Notes: generated by a model from the sequence alone, not told the origin. A stretch of DNA of 37,969 nucleotides from Candidatus Nomurabacteria bacterium (GCA_003518045.1 DOZK01000021.1:8975-46943); one strand, 5' to 3'. Counted from the stretch's first letter, positions 28,284-36,297 are shown. Program-made: numbers and translations.

Positions 28284-30086
28284 TTATTCGTCTCCGATAA
28301 TCTTTCGCAAGACCTCTTCGGGAATTTCTTTTTCACCGCTTTCACTTTTTTCTCCGCTAGTTGGCAGATTTATTTTTTTAACATCTTCAACTATTGCATT
28401 GTTCTCACTCATAGCGCGAGCTAAGGCTTCTTTAAGAGAGATGGCTGGCTTGTCATCAAAATGTTTAGGCTTATCTAAAATAACTTCTTTCACTTTATTG
28501 TCTTCTGGTTTATAGAATTGTTTATTATTATCTCTTCTGTCATTACCTCTTCCGTTACTTCCCTTTCTATTTTCATCTCGATGAGTTTCTCTATTATTGT
28601 CTCGGCCATTGTCCCGCACACTTTCTCGATGAATTTCTTTTTTTGGCTCAACAACTTTTTCTTTTTCATTATTTTCCACATGGTTATTTTGTGGAAGTGG
28701 GGTATCTTTTTTTATTTCTCTTACTTTTACATATTTACCTTCCTCTTTTGGATGATGCTCTTTTTTTGGCTCAACAACTTTTTCTTTTGGTTTATAAAAC
28801 TCCGCAACTTCTTCTTCTACTTGGGATACTGCTTTACTATAACGTAATCTTGAGGACGCAACAACTGCTTCTGCAAAAGAATTATCTGGCTGTCTGATTG
28901 GTGGAAGTGTATGCGCTGAAAACGGCTTTGAACCGACACCGTCAATCATAAGACGAAGATAAATCTGATAAGCCGAGAGGTTTACAATGTCATCTAATAT
29001 AAAATACGGGGCGAATTCTTTTTCAAAAATCTCGGCATCTGCGGCACCAACTCGAAAAGCAATCATGGTACCAACGTTTCCAAAAACTGCGGCTTTCACT
29101 TCATCGGTCATTTGCTCTACATATTGATGGGCAACTGTGAGAGCTAAATTATATTTTCTAGCTTCAGATAAAATACTTGCAAAAGATTCATTGGCGAAGT
29201 TTTGGAATTCATCCACATAAAAATAAAATGGTGGTAGCTTTTCCAATTCATAAGGACCAACGTCCGCTCTCGACATTGCTGCTAAATATATTTTTGTAAT
29301 TAAAAGTGAACCAATAAGATTTGCATTACTCTCACCTACTTTCCCTTTTGACAAGTTAACTATTAAAATTTTTTTATTATCCATCACTTCACGTAAATCA
29401 AAAGAAGTTTTTTGCTGACCGATAATATTACGAATGAGTGGATTGGCTACGAATTGTCCAACTTTATTTTGAATAGCAGGAGCGGCCTCAGCAGCGAAGC
29501 GGTCTGTATAATTTGCATATTCATTTACCCAAAAATCACGAACTGTTGGGTCAGTAACATTTGAAACAATAAACTTTCGATATTCTTTATCTGTTAACAT
29601 TCTATTTACTCCGAGTAATGTTTGATTTTCATTTTCAAGAAGAGCAAGAATAATATTATTTAAAATATATTCCATACGTGCAGAAAACTGATCTTGGAAA
29701 AGTTTTTTAAACGCTGCCATAAGACCGTTTGCCACCAAGTGACGCTTGTCTGGCGCTACTTGTTCCAAAACATTTAATCCAAGTGGATGATCGCTATCAA
29801 AAGGTGCAAAATAAATAACGTCTTTTACACGTGCTTCTGGAATATGATCCAGTAATTTTTCTGCTGTTGAACCGTGAGGGTCAATAAAACAAACACCTTC
29901 GCCGTTATTTATATCTTGAATAGCTAAATTTTCAAGAAGTGCGGATTTACCCATACCAGTTTTACCGATTACATAAGTATGTCGAGTCCTGTCATTTTCT
30001 TTTATACCAAAAGTAAGTTGTTTATTGCGGAAGTCAACTTTACCAATATATGTAACTTTTTCTTTAATGATTTCCTTGTCGGACAT
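28284..30086 (-). CDS. VirD4/TraD-like (type IV secretion DNA-binding domain) ATPase with low-complexity charged tail
   Basis: HTYVIGKTGMGKS, FIDPHG, YVDEFQNF, SEARKY, AHQY, VFGNVGT; start Met32 (30086). Confidence 0.85.
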   Translation of the reverse strand: MSDKEIIKEKVTYIGKVDFRNKQLTFGIKENDRTRHTYVIGKTGMGKSALLENLAIQDINNGEGVCFIDPHGSTAEKLLDHIPEARVKDVIYFAPFDSDHPLGLNVLEQVAPDKRHLVANGLMAAFKKLFQDQFSARMEYILNNIILALLENENQTLLGVNRMLTDKEYRKFIVSNVTDPTVRDFWVNEYANYTDRFAAEAAPAIQNKVGQFVANPLIRNIIGQQKTSFDLREVMDNKKILIVNLSKGKVGESNANLIGSLLITKIYLAAMSRADVGPYELEKLPPFYFYVDEFQNFANESFASILSEARKYNLALTVAHQYVEQMTDEVKAAVFGNVGTMIAFRVGAADAEIFEKEFAPYFILDDIVNLSAYQIYLRLMIDGVGSKPFSAHTLPPIRQPDNSFAEAVVASSRLRYSKAVSQVEEEVAEFYKPKEKVVEPKKEHHPKEEGKYVKVREIKKDTPLPQNNHVENNEKEKVVEPKKEIHRESVRDNGRDNNRETHRDENRKGSNGRGNDRRDNNKQFYKPEDNKVKEVILDKPKHFDDKPAISLKEALARAMSENNAIVEDVKKINLPTSGEKSESGEKEIPEEVLRKIIGDE

Positions 30087-30099
30087 GGAATATAGTATA

Positions 30100-30127
30100 C
30101 AGTGAGCAGTGGACAGTGACCAGTAGA
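30100..30127. repeat. Heptamer tandem repeat (CAGTGRN x4) in the ATPase promoter region
   Basis: cagtgag cagtgga cagtgac cagtaga. Confidence 0.6.
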
Positions 30128-30148
30128 TACGAAGAGGTAAAGGGGAAA

Positions 30149-30180
30149 AATATTCAATGAGACAATTTTCAATATTCAAA
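30149..30180. repeat. AT-rich dispersed repeat (family C)
   Basis: Reverse complement matches 31738-31769 at 30 of 32 positions; weaker copies at ~31682-31710 and ~35145-35178. Confidence 0.7.
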
Positions 30181-30236
30181 GAAAATACGAGATGCTTAAA
30201 TTAATTTTCAATATCCAATTTTCAAAAAAGACAGAC

Positions 30237-30264
30237 CTGGATTCCCGCCTTCGCGGGAATGACA
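30237..30264. repeat. Family A half-element
   Basis: ctggattcccgccttcgcgggaatgaca. Confidence 0.8.
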
Positions 30265-30317
30265 CGACAAATTACAATAATTTAAAATTTTAAAAAAAAT
30301 ACAAAACAATAAAGGTT

Positions 30318-30390
30318 CCTCGCAGCAAGCTGACGAGGTATTTTAGGAACTCGCTTCGCTCGTACTAACGCGTAGCAAGCTACGCGGTAT
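30318..30390. repeat. Two GCAAGC-core hairpins (family B)
   Basis: cctcgcagcaagctgacgaggtat and cgcgtagcaagctacgcggtat. Confidence 0.75.
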
Positions 30391-30469
30391 TTGAACCTTT
30401 TTATGTCGTCGCTCGGACTAAATATAAAAGAGTACTTTTCTATTTAGCTCCTCACTAGACAAAATAAAA
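30387..30469. repeat. 83-bp structured dispersed repeat, copy 2
   Basis: 79/83 identical to 1-83, same orientation. Confidence 0.85.
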
Positions 30470-30495
30470 AAGGGGCCGTCTTGCGACAGCACCCG
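30465..30495 (-). terminator. Intrinsic terminator of the orphan ORF
   Basis: Minus strand cgggtgctgtc-gcaa-gacggcccc-tttttt. Confidence 0.6.
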
Positions 30496-30545
30496 AGGAT
30501 GATTGAACACACAAATTAAGGTTGGCAACGCCCACCGGAACTTGC

Positions 30546-30884
30546 TTACATGTCCTTATGTACCGAGTTTGGATCTATCGGTCCCTGTGCCTGGGGTGCG
30601 ATTTCTGGCGAATGATTCAAATCAAGTAGATCTTGGGCCTTCGCGGCAATACCGCGAGTAACCTTGATACACCCCACAAGGAACTCCTCGATATTACCTT
30701 GCAAAACACGAAGTTCGGCTGGCAGTCCCAGCTTAGTTCCCTTTTCATTGACCTCATCGGCGTGTCCAGCCTTAAGATACAAAAAGAGGTTCAATACCTC
30801 CTCGGGGCTCATCTCACTAATTGGCACCACGAACTCAGGTTTTAAAGTCTTGAGACTATCAAGACTTAAGATTTTAGCCATCAT
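30546..30884 (-). CDS. Hypothetical protein (orphan, GC-richer than flanks)
   Basis: 112-aa ORF with GGAG upstream and a terminator downstream. Confidence 0.6.
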   Translation of the reverse strand: MMAKILSLDSLKTLKPEFVVPISEMSPEEVLNLFLYLKAGHADEVNEKGTKLGLPAELRVLQGNIEEFLVGCIKVTRGIAAKAQDLLDLNHSPEIAPQAQGPIDPNSVHKDM

Positions 30885-30998
30885 TTTCTCCAGTCAAACA
30901 AAATCGAAGAGTAGGAATCCACTCTTACGATAAGACTTATCCTACCTTTTTGTGTACAACTTGTAAAATTATAATAAACAGACTATTATAATAGATAT

Positions 30999-31313
30999 AT
31001 GAAAAACTCTGTACAAAAAGGAGAAGTGCGCGTTGTAAGCTTTAAAAAAGGCAAGCTATGGTATGCTGTTGCTCTTGAATTTAATATTGTTGAAACTGGT
31101 TCTAACTTTTCAGAAGTTATGCATGGGCTTCAAGAAGCAATTGAAGGTTATGTAGAAGCTGTAAAAAAAGCTAACATTAGACCTTTCCCTTTAAATCAAA
31201 CTCCATTAAAAGAATACGAAAATGTTTGGAGTGTAGGGCAAAACAAAAAAGCTATTCGTAATACCCCCAGCCCTTTTTATTTTGGAACTCTTAACTTAGC
31301 AGCTTATGCCTAA
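30999..31313 (+). CDS. hicB: HicB-like antitoxin (no clear DNA-binding domain)
   Basis: WYAVALEFNIVETGSNFSEVMHGLQEAIEGY partial RNase H fold; overlaps hicA. Confidence 0.7.
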   Translation: MKNSVQKGEVRVVSFKKGKLWYAVALEFNIVETGSNFSEVMHGLQEAIEGYVEAVKKANIRPFPLNQTPLKEYENVWSVGQNKKAIRNTPSPFYFGTLNLAAYA

Positions 31314-31536
31314 AGGTTTGAACAACTGGTCATATAGACAAGTTGTTACTTTTTTAAAAACTTTTCATTTTCAAGAAATACATTCAAGGGGTGATCATTT
31401 TTACTTTTGTGGAGTTTATAATGGAACACCAAGAATGGTTACTGTTCCGAAGAAAAAAATAATTAAGACCGGAACAATGAAAGGTATCGTTGCCCAATCT
31501 GGAATTCCAGAATCTATTTGGAGAAAACAAAAATAA
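31306..31536 (+). CDS. hicA: HicA mRNA interferase toxin
   Basis: SRGDH, VTVP, IKTGTMKGIVAQSGI. Confidence 0.85.
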   Translation: MPKGLNNWSYRQVVTFLKTFHFQEIHSRGDHFYFCGVYNGTPRMVTVPKKKIIKTGTMKGIVAQSGIPESIWRKQK

Positions 31537-31544
31537 TAATGAAC

Positions 31545-31668
31545 TACCTCGCAGCAAGCAGGTGAGGTATCTTGTGTCATCCAAGGCTTGACCTGGGATC
31601 CAGGTACAGACACTGGATCCCCGCATTCGCGAGGATGACACAATTCCCGCAGCAAGCTGCGGGGAATG
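31545..31668. repeat. Family A doublet flanked by two family B (GCAAGC) hairpins
   Basis: tacctcgcagcaagcaggtgaggta; tgtgtcatccaaggcttgacctgggatccag...ctggatccccgcattcgcgaggatgacaca; ttcccgcagcaagctgcggggaa. Confidence 0.8.
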
Positions 31669-31767
31669 AACCCTAAGAGGGATTCAATGAAACAATAATC
31701 AATATCTAAAATAGATAGAACTACGTATTTGCATTTGTTTGAATATTGAAAATTATTTCATTGAATA

Positions 31768-32985
31768 TTAATCAGCTCCTTTGAGGGCAGATGGCGTGTA
31801 GTGGTTAGAAGGATCCCAAAGCATCCACGATTCAATTCCCAATTTCTCTCCTGCTGTTATCTGCGCTCTCACCATCTCGGCGGTATATGTTGCTCCCATA
31901 TCAAAGTCTTGATAAAAAGGTCTATACTTCGCGAGCACTGTGCTTGTGGCTTGTCCAGTACTACTTGCAACTTCATCTGCAATTTCTATCCCCTTCTTCA
32001 TTGAATAAGAAATAATTTCTCCTGGATGTTCTGCTGGATTTTTATATCCATTAGTGCCGGCATAAAAATGCGAAGGGTAAATCATAGGCGAAACATAATC
32101 AAAAGTTTCAAGTGCTGTATGCATATCTTGACCAAGCACAGCAATATCTACTTTTGTAATCATAATTATTCCAAACAAATCCCCTGAGACTGGTATGCCT
32201 TCTTTGTGAAGTGCTTCAGTTATATAGCGATAAAAATCCCCAATAATTGCAGACTTACTGATCCTTGCCCTCTCTCCTGAAATTGGAAATGACATATCTG
32301 CCAAAGCCCCATCTGTAGGGAAGCGAATATAATCAAGATTGACTTCATCAAATCCTCGCGCGTAAGCATCTTTAGAAATATTTTCAATATATCTCCACAT
32401 TTTTGTTGACCCAGAATCTACCCATGGAATACCTTTGTGGTCTTTCCAAATTCCTCCAGTTTTTTTCGAGAGTACTGCTTCATCGGGAAACTTTTTTACA
32501 TAAAGTGGATCTTGAAAAGCTGCGACGCGTGCTATTAAATAAATATTTTTTGCATGTAACTCATCAATAAATTCATTCAAATCTCTAACACGTCCTTCCC
32601 AAGAAATAACTCCGGTATTGTCTTTCACATCTATTACGATTGCATTTATTTCTGTGTCGTCAACTATTTTTACAAGTTTATCTCTAAAAGATGGCGAGCC
32701 AGCAACCCAGCTCGACATATAAATTGCTTTTACATGTTCTGGTGTTTTAATATGAGTAACTATTCGCACTGTACTCGTTGCTTTATTTTCCTCAGGTTTT
32801 ATTTCTTCTTCGGCTTTGACTGTTTTTGAACCTAATAGGGTTTCTATTTTAAAAGGATTAGTCGAACTTGCTGTGTAAACAAAACTTCCGATATTATTTA
32901 AAAATGCCACATGGCGATACCCACCATCTGCTATCCAGAAAAAAAGAATAATTAAAAAAGTAGCAATACTAATTTTAATTCTCAT
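31768..32985 (-). CDS. Putative glycoside hydrolase (DUF4015-like), N-terminal anchor
   Basis: INAIVIDVKD, ARVAAFQDP, GFDEVNLDYIRFP, SPMIYPSH, WMLWDPSN. Confidence 0.82.
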   Translation of the reverse strand: MRIKISIATFLIILFFWIADGGYRHVAFLNNIGSFVYTASSTNPFKIETLLGSKTVKAEEEIKPEENKATSTVRIVTHIKTPEHVKAIYMSSWVAGSPSFRDKLVKIVDDTEINAIVIDVKDNTGVISWEGRVRDLNEFIDELHAKNIYLIARVAAFQDPLYVKKFPDEAVLSKKTGGIWKDHKGIPWVDSGSTKMWRYIENISKDAYARGFDEVNLDYIRFPTDGALADMSFPISGERARISKSAIIGDFYRYITEALHKEGIPVSGDLFGIIMITKVDIAVLGQDMHTALETFDYVSPMIYPSHFYAGTNGYKNPAEHPGEIISYSMKKGIEIADEVASSTGQATSTVLAKYRPFYQDFDMGATYTAEMVRAQITAGEKLGIESWMLWDPSNHYTPSALKGAD

Positions 32986-33185
32986 GCTACTTTAGGAGTT
33001 TCTATAACACTTTCTTCATGTGGGTCTTCAAAAGTTTTTGGGCGTTTCTTTAAATCAAGCGTGCTGACGAAAAGTAAAATACCTGCGATGATAAAAAAGA
33101 TGTCTTTGTAAATACCAGGAATAAAAATCCAAGGAGAAATAAAAAGGAGGATAGCGATGGTTCGTTGAATTCCTAAAGGTGACAT
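32982..33185 (-). CDS. Small two-TM membrane protein
   Basis: Hydrophobic 67-aa ORF; TATACT 6 nt before Met7 (33185); stop overlaps the next ATG. Confidence 0.65.
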   Translation of the reverse strand: MSPLGIQRTIAILLFISPWIFIPGIYKDIFFIIAGILLFVSTLDLKKRPKTFEDPHEESVIETPKVA

Positions 33186-33328
33186 GGGGGTAGTATACAA
33201 CATGTCGTAAGTAAGCGGAAGTGGTTAAAAGCTTGAAAATAGTTGCCTTTATCTGAGCCAATTTTTAATTTTTAATTTTCAATTTTTAATGAAAATACTT
33301 AAAATTACGAAACTAATGTGTATTGTGT

Positions 33329-33426
33329 TGTCATACCCGCACAGGCGGGTATCCAGGTCTGTGTCTAAAATAGAACACTAGACCCGCCCGCCGGCGAGGC
33401 AGGTTCCCGCCTTCACGAGAATGACA
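33329..33426. repeat. Family A doublet with a nested 21-bp GC palindrome
   Basis: tgtcatacccgcacaggcgggtatccag...ctaga[cccgcccgccggcgaggcagg]ttcccgccttcacgagaatgaca. Confidence 0.75.
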
Positions 33427-33441
33427 CAAATACAAATAATT

Positions 33442-33476
33442 AATGCATGACCGCGCCGTAGGCGCGGTCATGCATT
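33442..33476. repeat. Perfect 16-bp-stem palindrome
   Basis: aatgcatgaccgcgcc-gta-ggcgcggtcatgcatt. Confidence 0.75.
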
Positions 33477-33530
33477 TAGTATTTAATAAATAAAAATTAA
33501 AAATTTTAAATTAAAAATTGGTTATATTAT

Positions 33531-34241
33531 CTACTTACAGCCCTCTATTATAACTACAAATTCTCCACGCAAATGATCTTTGTGATTATTAAAATGTTCC
33601 TTAACTTCTTTCGCGCTTCCTCTCACTATTTCTTCATAAATTTTTGTAAGCTCTCTGGCAACAACGACTCTTCTTTTTTCTCCTGCCTCGACGGCGGGTT
33701 GATCTAATATTTCTACTAAAGATTCTAAAGTTTTTTCTATTCTGTGTACTGATTCGTAAAACACAGAAGTCATTTCACTTTCTTTAATTGTTTTAAATAA
33801 TGTTTCTCTTCCTTTTTTGTGTGGCATGAATCCATAAAATGTAAAATTGGAAGATGAGATACCAGATGATGCGAGTGCTGTAATAAGAGCTGACGCTCCA
33901 GGTAAAGCCACAACAGCAACGTCCGGTAATTCATTTCTTACTCTATCAACCAAAAGAACTCCTGGGTCAGAAATAGTTGGAGTACCAGCGTCAGACACTA
34001 ATGCAATAGATTTTCCTTCTTCTAATAAAGCTAAAGATTTCTCAATATTTTTAATTCCTGTTTGTGCATAAAAAATACTTGTTGGAGTATTGATATCATA
34101 TTCTTTAAAAAGACGCTGAGTAACGGAAGTATTTTCGCACAAAACTAAATCCACCTCTTTTAAAATACGAATAGCTCGAAGAGTTATATCTTCAAGATTT
34201 CCAATCGGTGTGGGAATAATATAAAGCGTGCCTGTTATCAT
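33531..34241 (-). CDS. rsmI: 16S rRNA (cytidine1402-2'-O)-methyltransferase
   Basis: LYIIPTPIGNLEDITLRA, LVSDAGTPTISDPG, FYES, ARELTKIYEE, RGEFV. Confidence 0.95.
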   Translation of the reverse strand: MITGTLYIIPTPIGNLEDITLRAIRILKEVDLVLCENTSVTQRLFKEYDINTPTSIFYAQTGIKNIEKSLALLEEGKSIALVSDAGTPTISDPGVLLVDRVRNELPDVAVVALPGASALITALASSGISSSNFTFYGFMPHKKGRETLFKTIKESEMTSVFYESVHRIEKTLESLVEILDQPAVEAGEKRRVVVARELTKIYEEIVRGSAKEVKEHFNNHKDHLRGEFVVIIEGCK

Positions 34242-34258
34242 AAATTAAATACTAGCAT

Positions 34259-34285
34259 AAAAAATGGCCACGCGGAGGTGGCCAT
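34259..34285 (-). terminator. Intrinsic terminator
   Basis: Minus strand atggccac-ctccgc-gtggccat-ttttt. Confidence 0.65.
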
Positions 34286-34306
34286 CGAACATCCCTGGGA
34301 TGTTGT

Positions 34307-34642
34307 TCATTCAATAAGCTCAAACTGGTCACGTGGGAACCACATACCTCGGAGTTCTGGTGGATGATTGAATTTCACCACGTCAGTGCAATAGCTCGCG
34401 CCTGATGTTCCAGAAAAATTTTTCGGTATATCGTCATGGCGTTCAGATGAAACAAAGACACCATTCTTCATGACATCGAAAGTAGATTCCCCCATAATTA
34501 CTGGGTGGGTGCGCCAAATGCCTTCCCGATATGAAGCAAACATAGGGGTGTGGACGTTCGCTTTCATTCGGACGGTTTTACCGAACCACTCTACTTTGGA
34601 TTTTTGCACGGTACCCAAACCGTTTTGTACTTTGGATTGCAT
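34307..34642 (-). CDS. Hypothetical protein (orphan)
   Basis: 111-aa ORF with a perfect AGGAGGT SD, TTGACA-N17-TAGGGT upstream and a terminator downstream. Confidence 0.65.
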   Translation of the reverse strand: MQSKVQNGLGTVQKSKVEWFGKTVRMKANVHTPMFASYREGIWRTHPVIMGESTFDVMKNGVFVSSERHDDIPKNFSGTSGASYCTDVVKFNHPPELRGMWFPRDQFELIE

Positions 34643-34696
34643 GGCAATACCTCCTTCTAAAAATTACCCTAACAATTATAAAAAATCTTGTCAACA

Positions 34697-34728
34697 AAGA
34701 AAAAGCCCGGGCGGGTGCCACGGGCTTT
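34697..34728 (-). terminator. Intrinsic terminator after the 66-aa ORF
   Basis: Minus strand aaagcccgtggcacccgcccgggcttttcttt. Confidence 0.55.
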
Positions 34729-34746
34729 GGATTGGGGTTGGAGAAA

Positions 34747-34947
34747 TTACTCTCCGCGACATCCCTCACAAAGAATGTGACTGGGGTAACCAACTTTCGG
34801 AGGTGGTTGAACATCCCTTAATGAGCGAAGAGACATGCCAAGGAAACTTGTCATGATTTTCACTTCTAGTTTTGGGACCCGAATCACTTGTGTGGTAGTC
34901 GGTTCAATCTCCCCGGTTTTTAGTTTTATTTTATCTGTTGCCTGCAT
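34747..34947 (-). CDS. Small hypothetical protein
   Basis: 66-aa ORF between a TTGCAA-N17-TATTAT promoter with a two-hairpin leader and a terminator. Confidence 0.4.
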   Translation of the reverse strand: MQATDKIKLKTGEIEPTTTQVIRVPKLEVKIMTSFLGMSLRSLRDVQPPPKVGYPSHILCEGCRGE

Positions 34948-35090
34948 AACTAAAGAACTTCCATTTTAAATGCCGAGACTTGCGCTCGGCTTGAGGATTA
35001 ACAAAAAATCGGCAACACTTCCTCACGTGTTGTCGACTTCTGTATAATAACATAAAAAGATGACTTTTGCAAATTATTATTTACATGGGT

Positions 35091-35123
35091 AGACACTGGA
35101 TTCCAACTTTCGTTGGAATGACA
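35091..35123. repeat. Family A half-element
   Basis: agacactggattccaactttcgttggaatgaca. Confidence 0.8.
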
Positions 35124-35190
35124 ATACGTGAGTGTTTTGTATTTTTTGAATATTTAATATTTCTTCATTGAATATTTTGTCCCCCAACTC

Positions 35191-36246
35191 CTAACTCCTA
35201 ACAAATACAACTTCTCTTTCTAATTTTATACCAGTTTTTTCCTCAACTTTTTTCTGTATATTTGAAGCAAATTCATTTATTTCCTCCGCGTCAGCATTGC
35301 CATAATTTACGATTACAAGGGGTTGATTTGGCCAAGTGCCTACATCTCCCACTTTTAGCCCTTTAGCATCTGCTACATGCTCTATAAGCCACGCAGTAGG
35401 CACTTTATACCCACCCCTGACTTCATGGACCGGCATATCTGGATAAGTCATTTTTAAAGTATCCCATTCTTCTTTTGTGATAATTATATTCTTAAAAAAT
35501 GAGCCAGTATTTGGAAACTTTTTCCAGTCTGGTAATTTTGTGAGACGAGTGGCGATAACTAAATCACGGACGTCTTTTGAGGTTAAACCGGCCTTACCTT
35601 GTAGCGAGTCTAGTGGCTTATATTCGAGTACTGGTTTAAATTCTTTTGTTAAATTTAAAGTGATGGAAATAATAATATATTTACCTGGATTGTGTTTAAA
35701 AAAAGAATCACGATAAGCAAAATCACATTCACTATTTAATAAATCCTTAAACAAATTTGCTTCTATATCAAAAACTCGAATTGAAACTAAAGTATCTTTT
35801 AATTCAACTCCATAGGCTCCTATATTTTGGACAGGTGCTGCCCCAACACTCCCTGGAATATGTGAAAGATTTTCTATTCCCCATAAATTTTGCTCGACAG
35901 AATATTTCACAATGTCATCAAATGTTTCACCTGCAAAAGTAGTTAGAAATACTTCGTTATTCGTTATTCGTTTTTCGTTATTCGTATCAGACCCTCCTTG
36001 TTTCTTGCTTCCTGTATCTTGTATCTTGTATCCAATGATTTCTAATTTTAAGAAAAGATATTTCGAAAGATCTTCGGCAAAGTAGGTATTGGTGCCAGAG
36101 CCGAGTATGTGAATGCGGCGGCCTCCGGCCGCCGCATATTCCACTGCATCCTTCAACTCCTCTTCACTTTTAACCACAACCAAATCCCCCATTCCCCCGA
36201 CGCGAAGTGCTGAGTATTCTTTCATTGAGACTTTCCGAATTTCCAT
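35191..36246 (-). CDS. murB: UDP-N-acetylenolpyruvoylglucosamine reductase
   Basis: LGSGTN, GIENLSHIPGSVGAAPVQNIGAYG, FAYRDSFFK, NTGSFFKN, LEREV. Confidence 0.95.
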   Translation of the reverse strand: MEIRKVSMKEYSALRVGGMGDLVVVKSEEELKDAVEYAAAGGRRIHILGSGTNTYFAEDLSKYLFLKLEIIGYKIQDTGSKKQGGSDTNNEKRITNNEVFLTTFAGETFDDIVKYSVEQNLWGIENLSHIPGSVGAAPVQNIGAYGVELKDTLVSIRVFDIEANLFKDLLNSECDFAYRDSFFKHNPGKYIIISITLNLTKEFKPVLEYKPLDSLQGKAGLTSKDVRDLVIATRLTKLPDWKKFPNTGSFFKNIIITKEEWDTLKMTYPDMPVHEVRGGYKVPTAWLIEHVADAKGLKVGDVGTWPNQPLVIVNYGNADAEEINEFASNIQKKVEEKTGIKLEREVVFVRS

Positions 36247-36261
36247 GATTCTATACTAGCA

Positions 36262-36297
36262 AAAGAAAAGCACTTCGTACACGAAATGCTTTTCTTT
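36262..36297. terminator. Bidirectional hairpin terminator
   Basis: aaagaaaagca(c)ttcgt-ac-acgaa(a)tgcttttcttt. Confidence 0.6.

Noticed and set aside
28284..30086. Conjugative element (ICE)
   Set aside because: No relaxase, VirB4, mating-pair genes or integrase nearby.
31384..31655. Two minus-strand ORFs (85 and 79 aa)
   Set aside because: Antisense to hicA and derived from repeat sequence.
30237..31668. CRISPR array
   Set aside because: Repeats are variable hairpins without regular spacing or unique spacers, and there are no cas genes.
34578..34814. 78-aa minus-strand ORF
   Set aside because: Crosses a terminator and promoter and overlaps two better-supported ORFs.
4437..35942. Numerous short shadow ORFs within well-supported genes (e.g. 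8094, 11928, 16704, 23284, 28518, 33847, 35477)
   Set aside because: Antisense or off-frame to motif-bearing genes, with biased composition typical of shadows.
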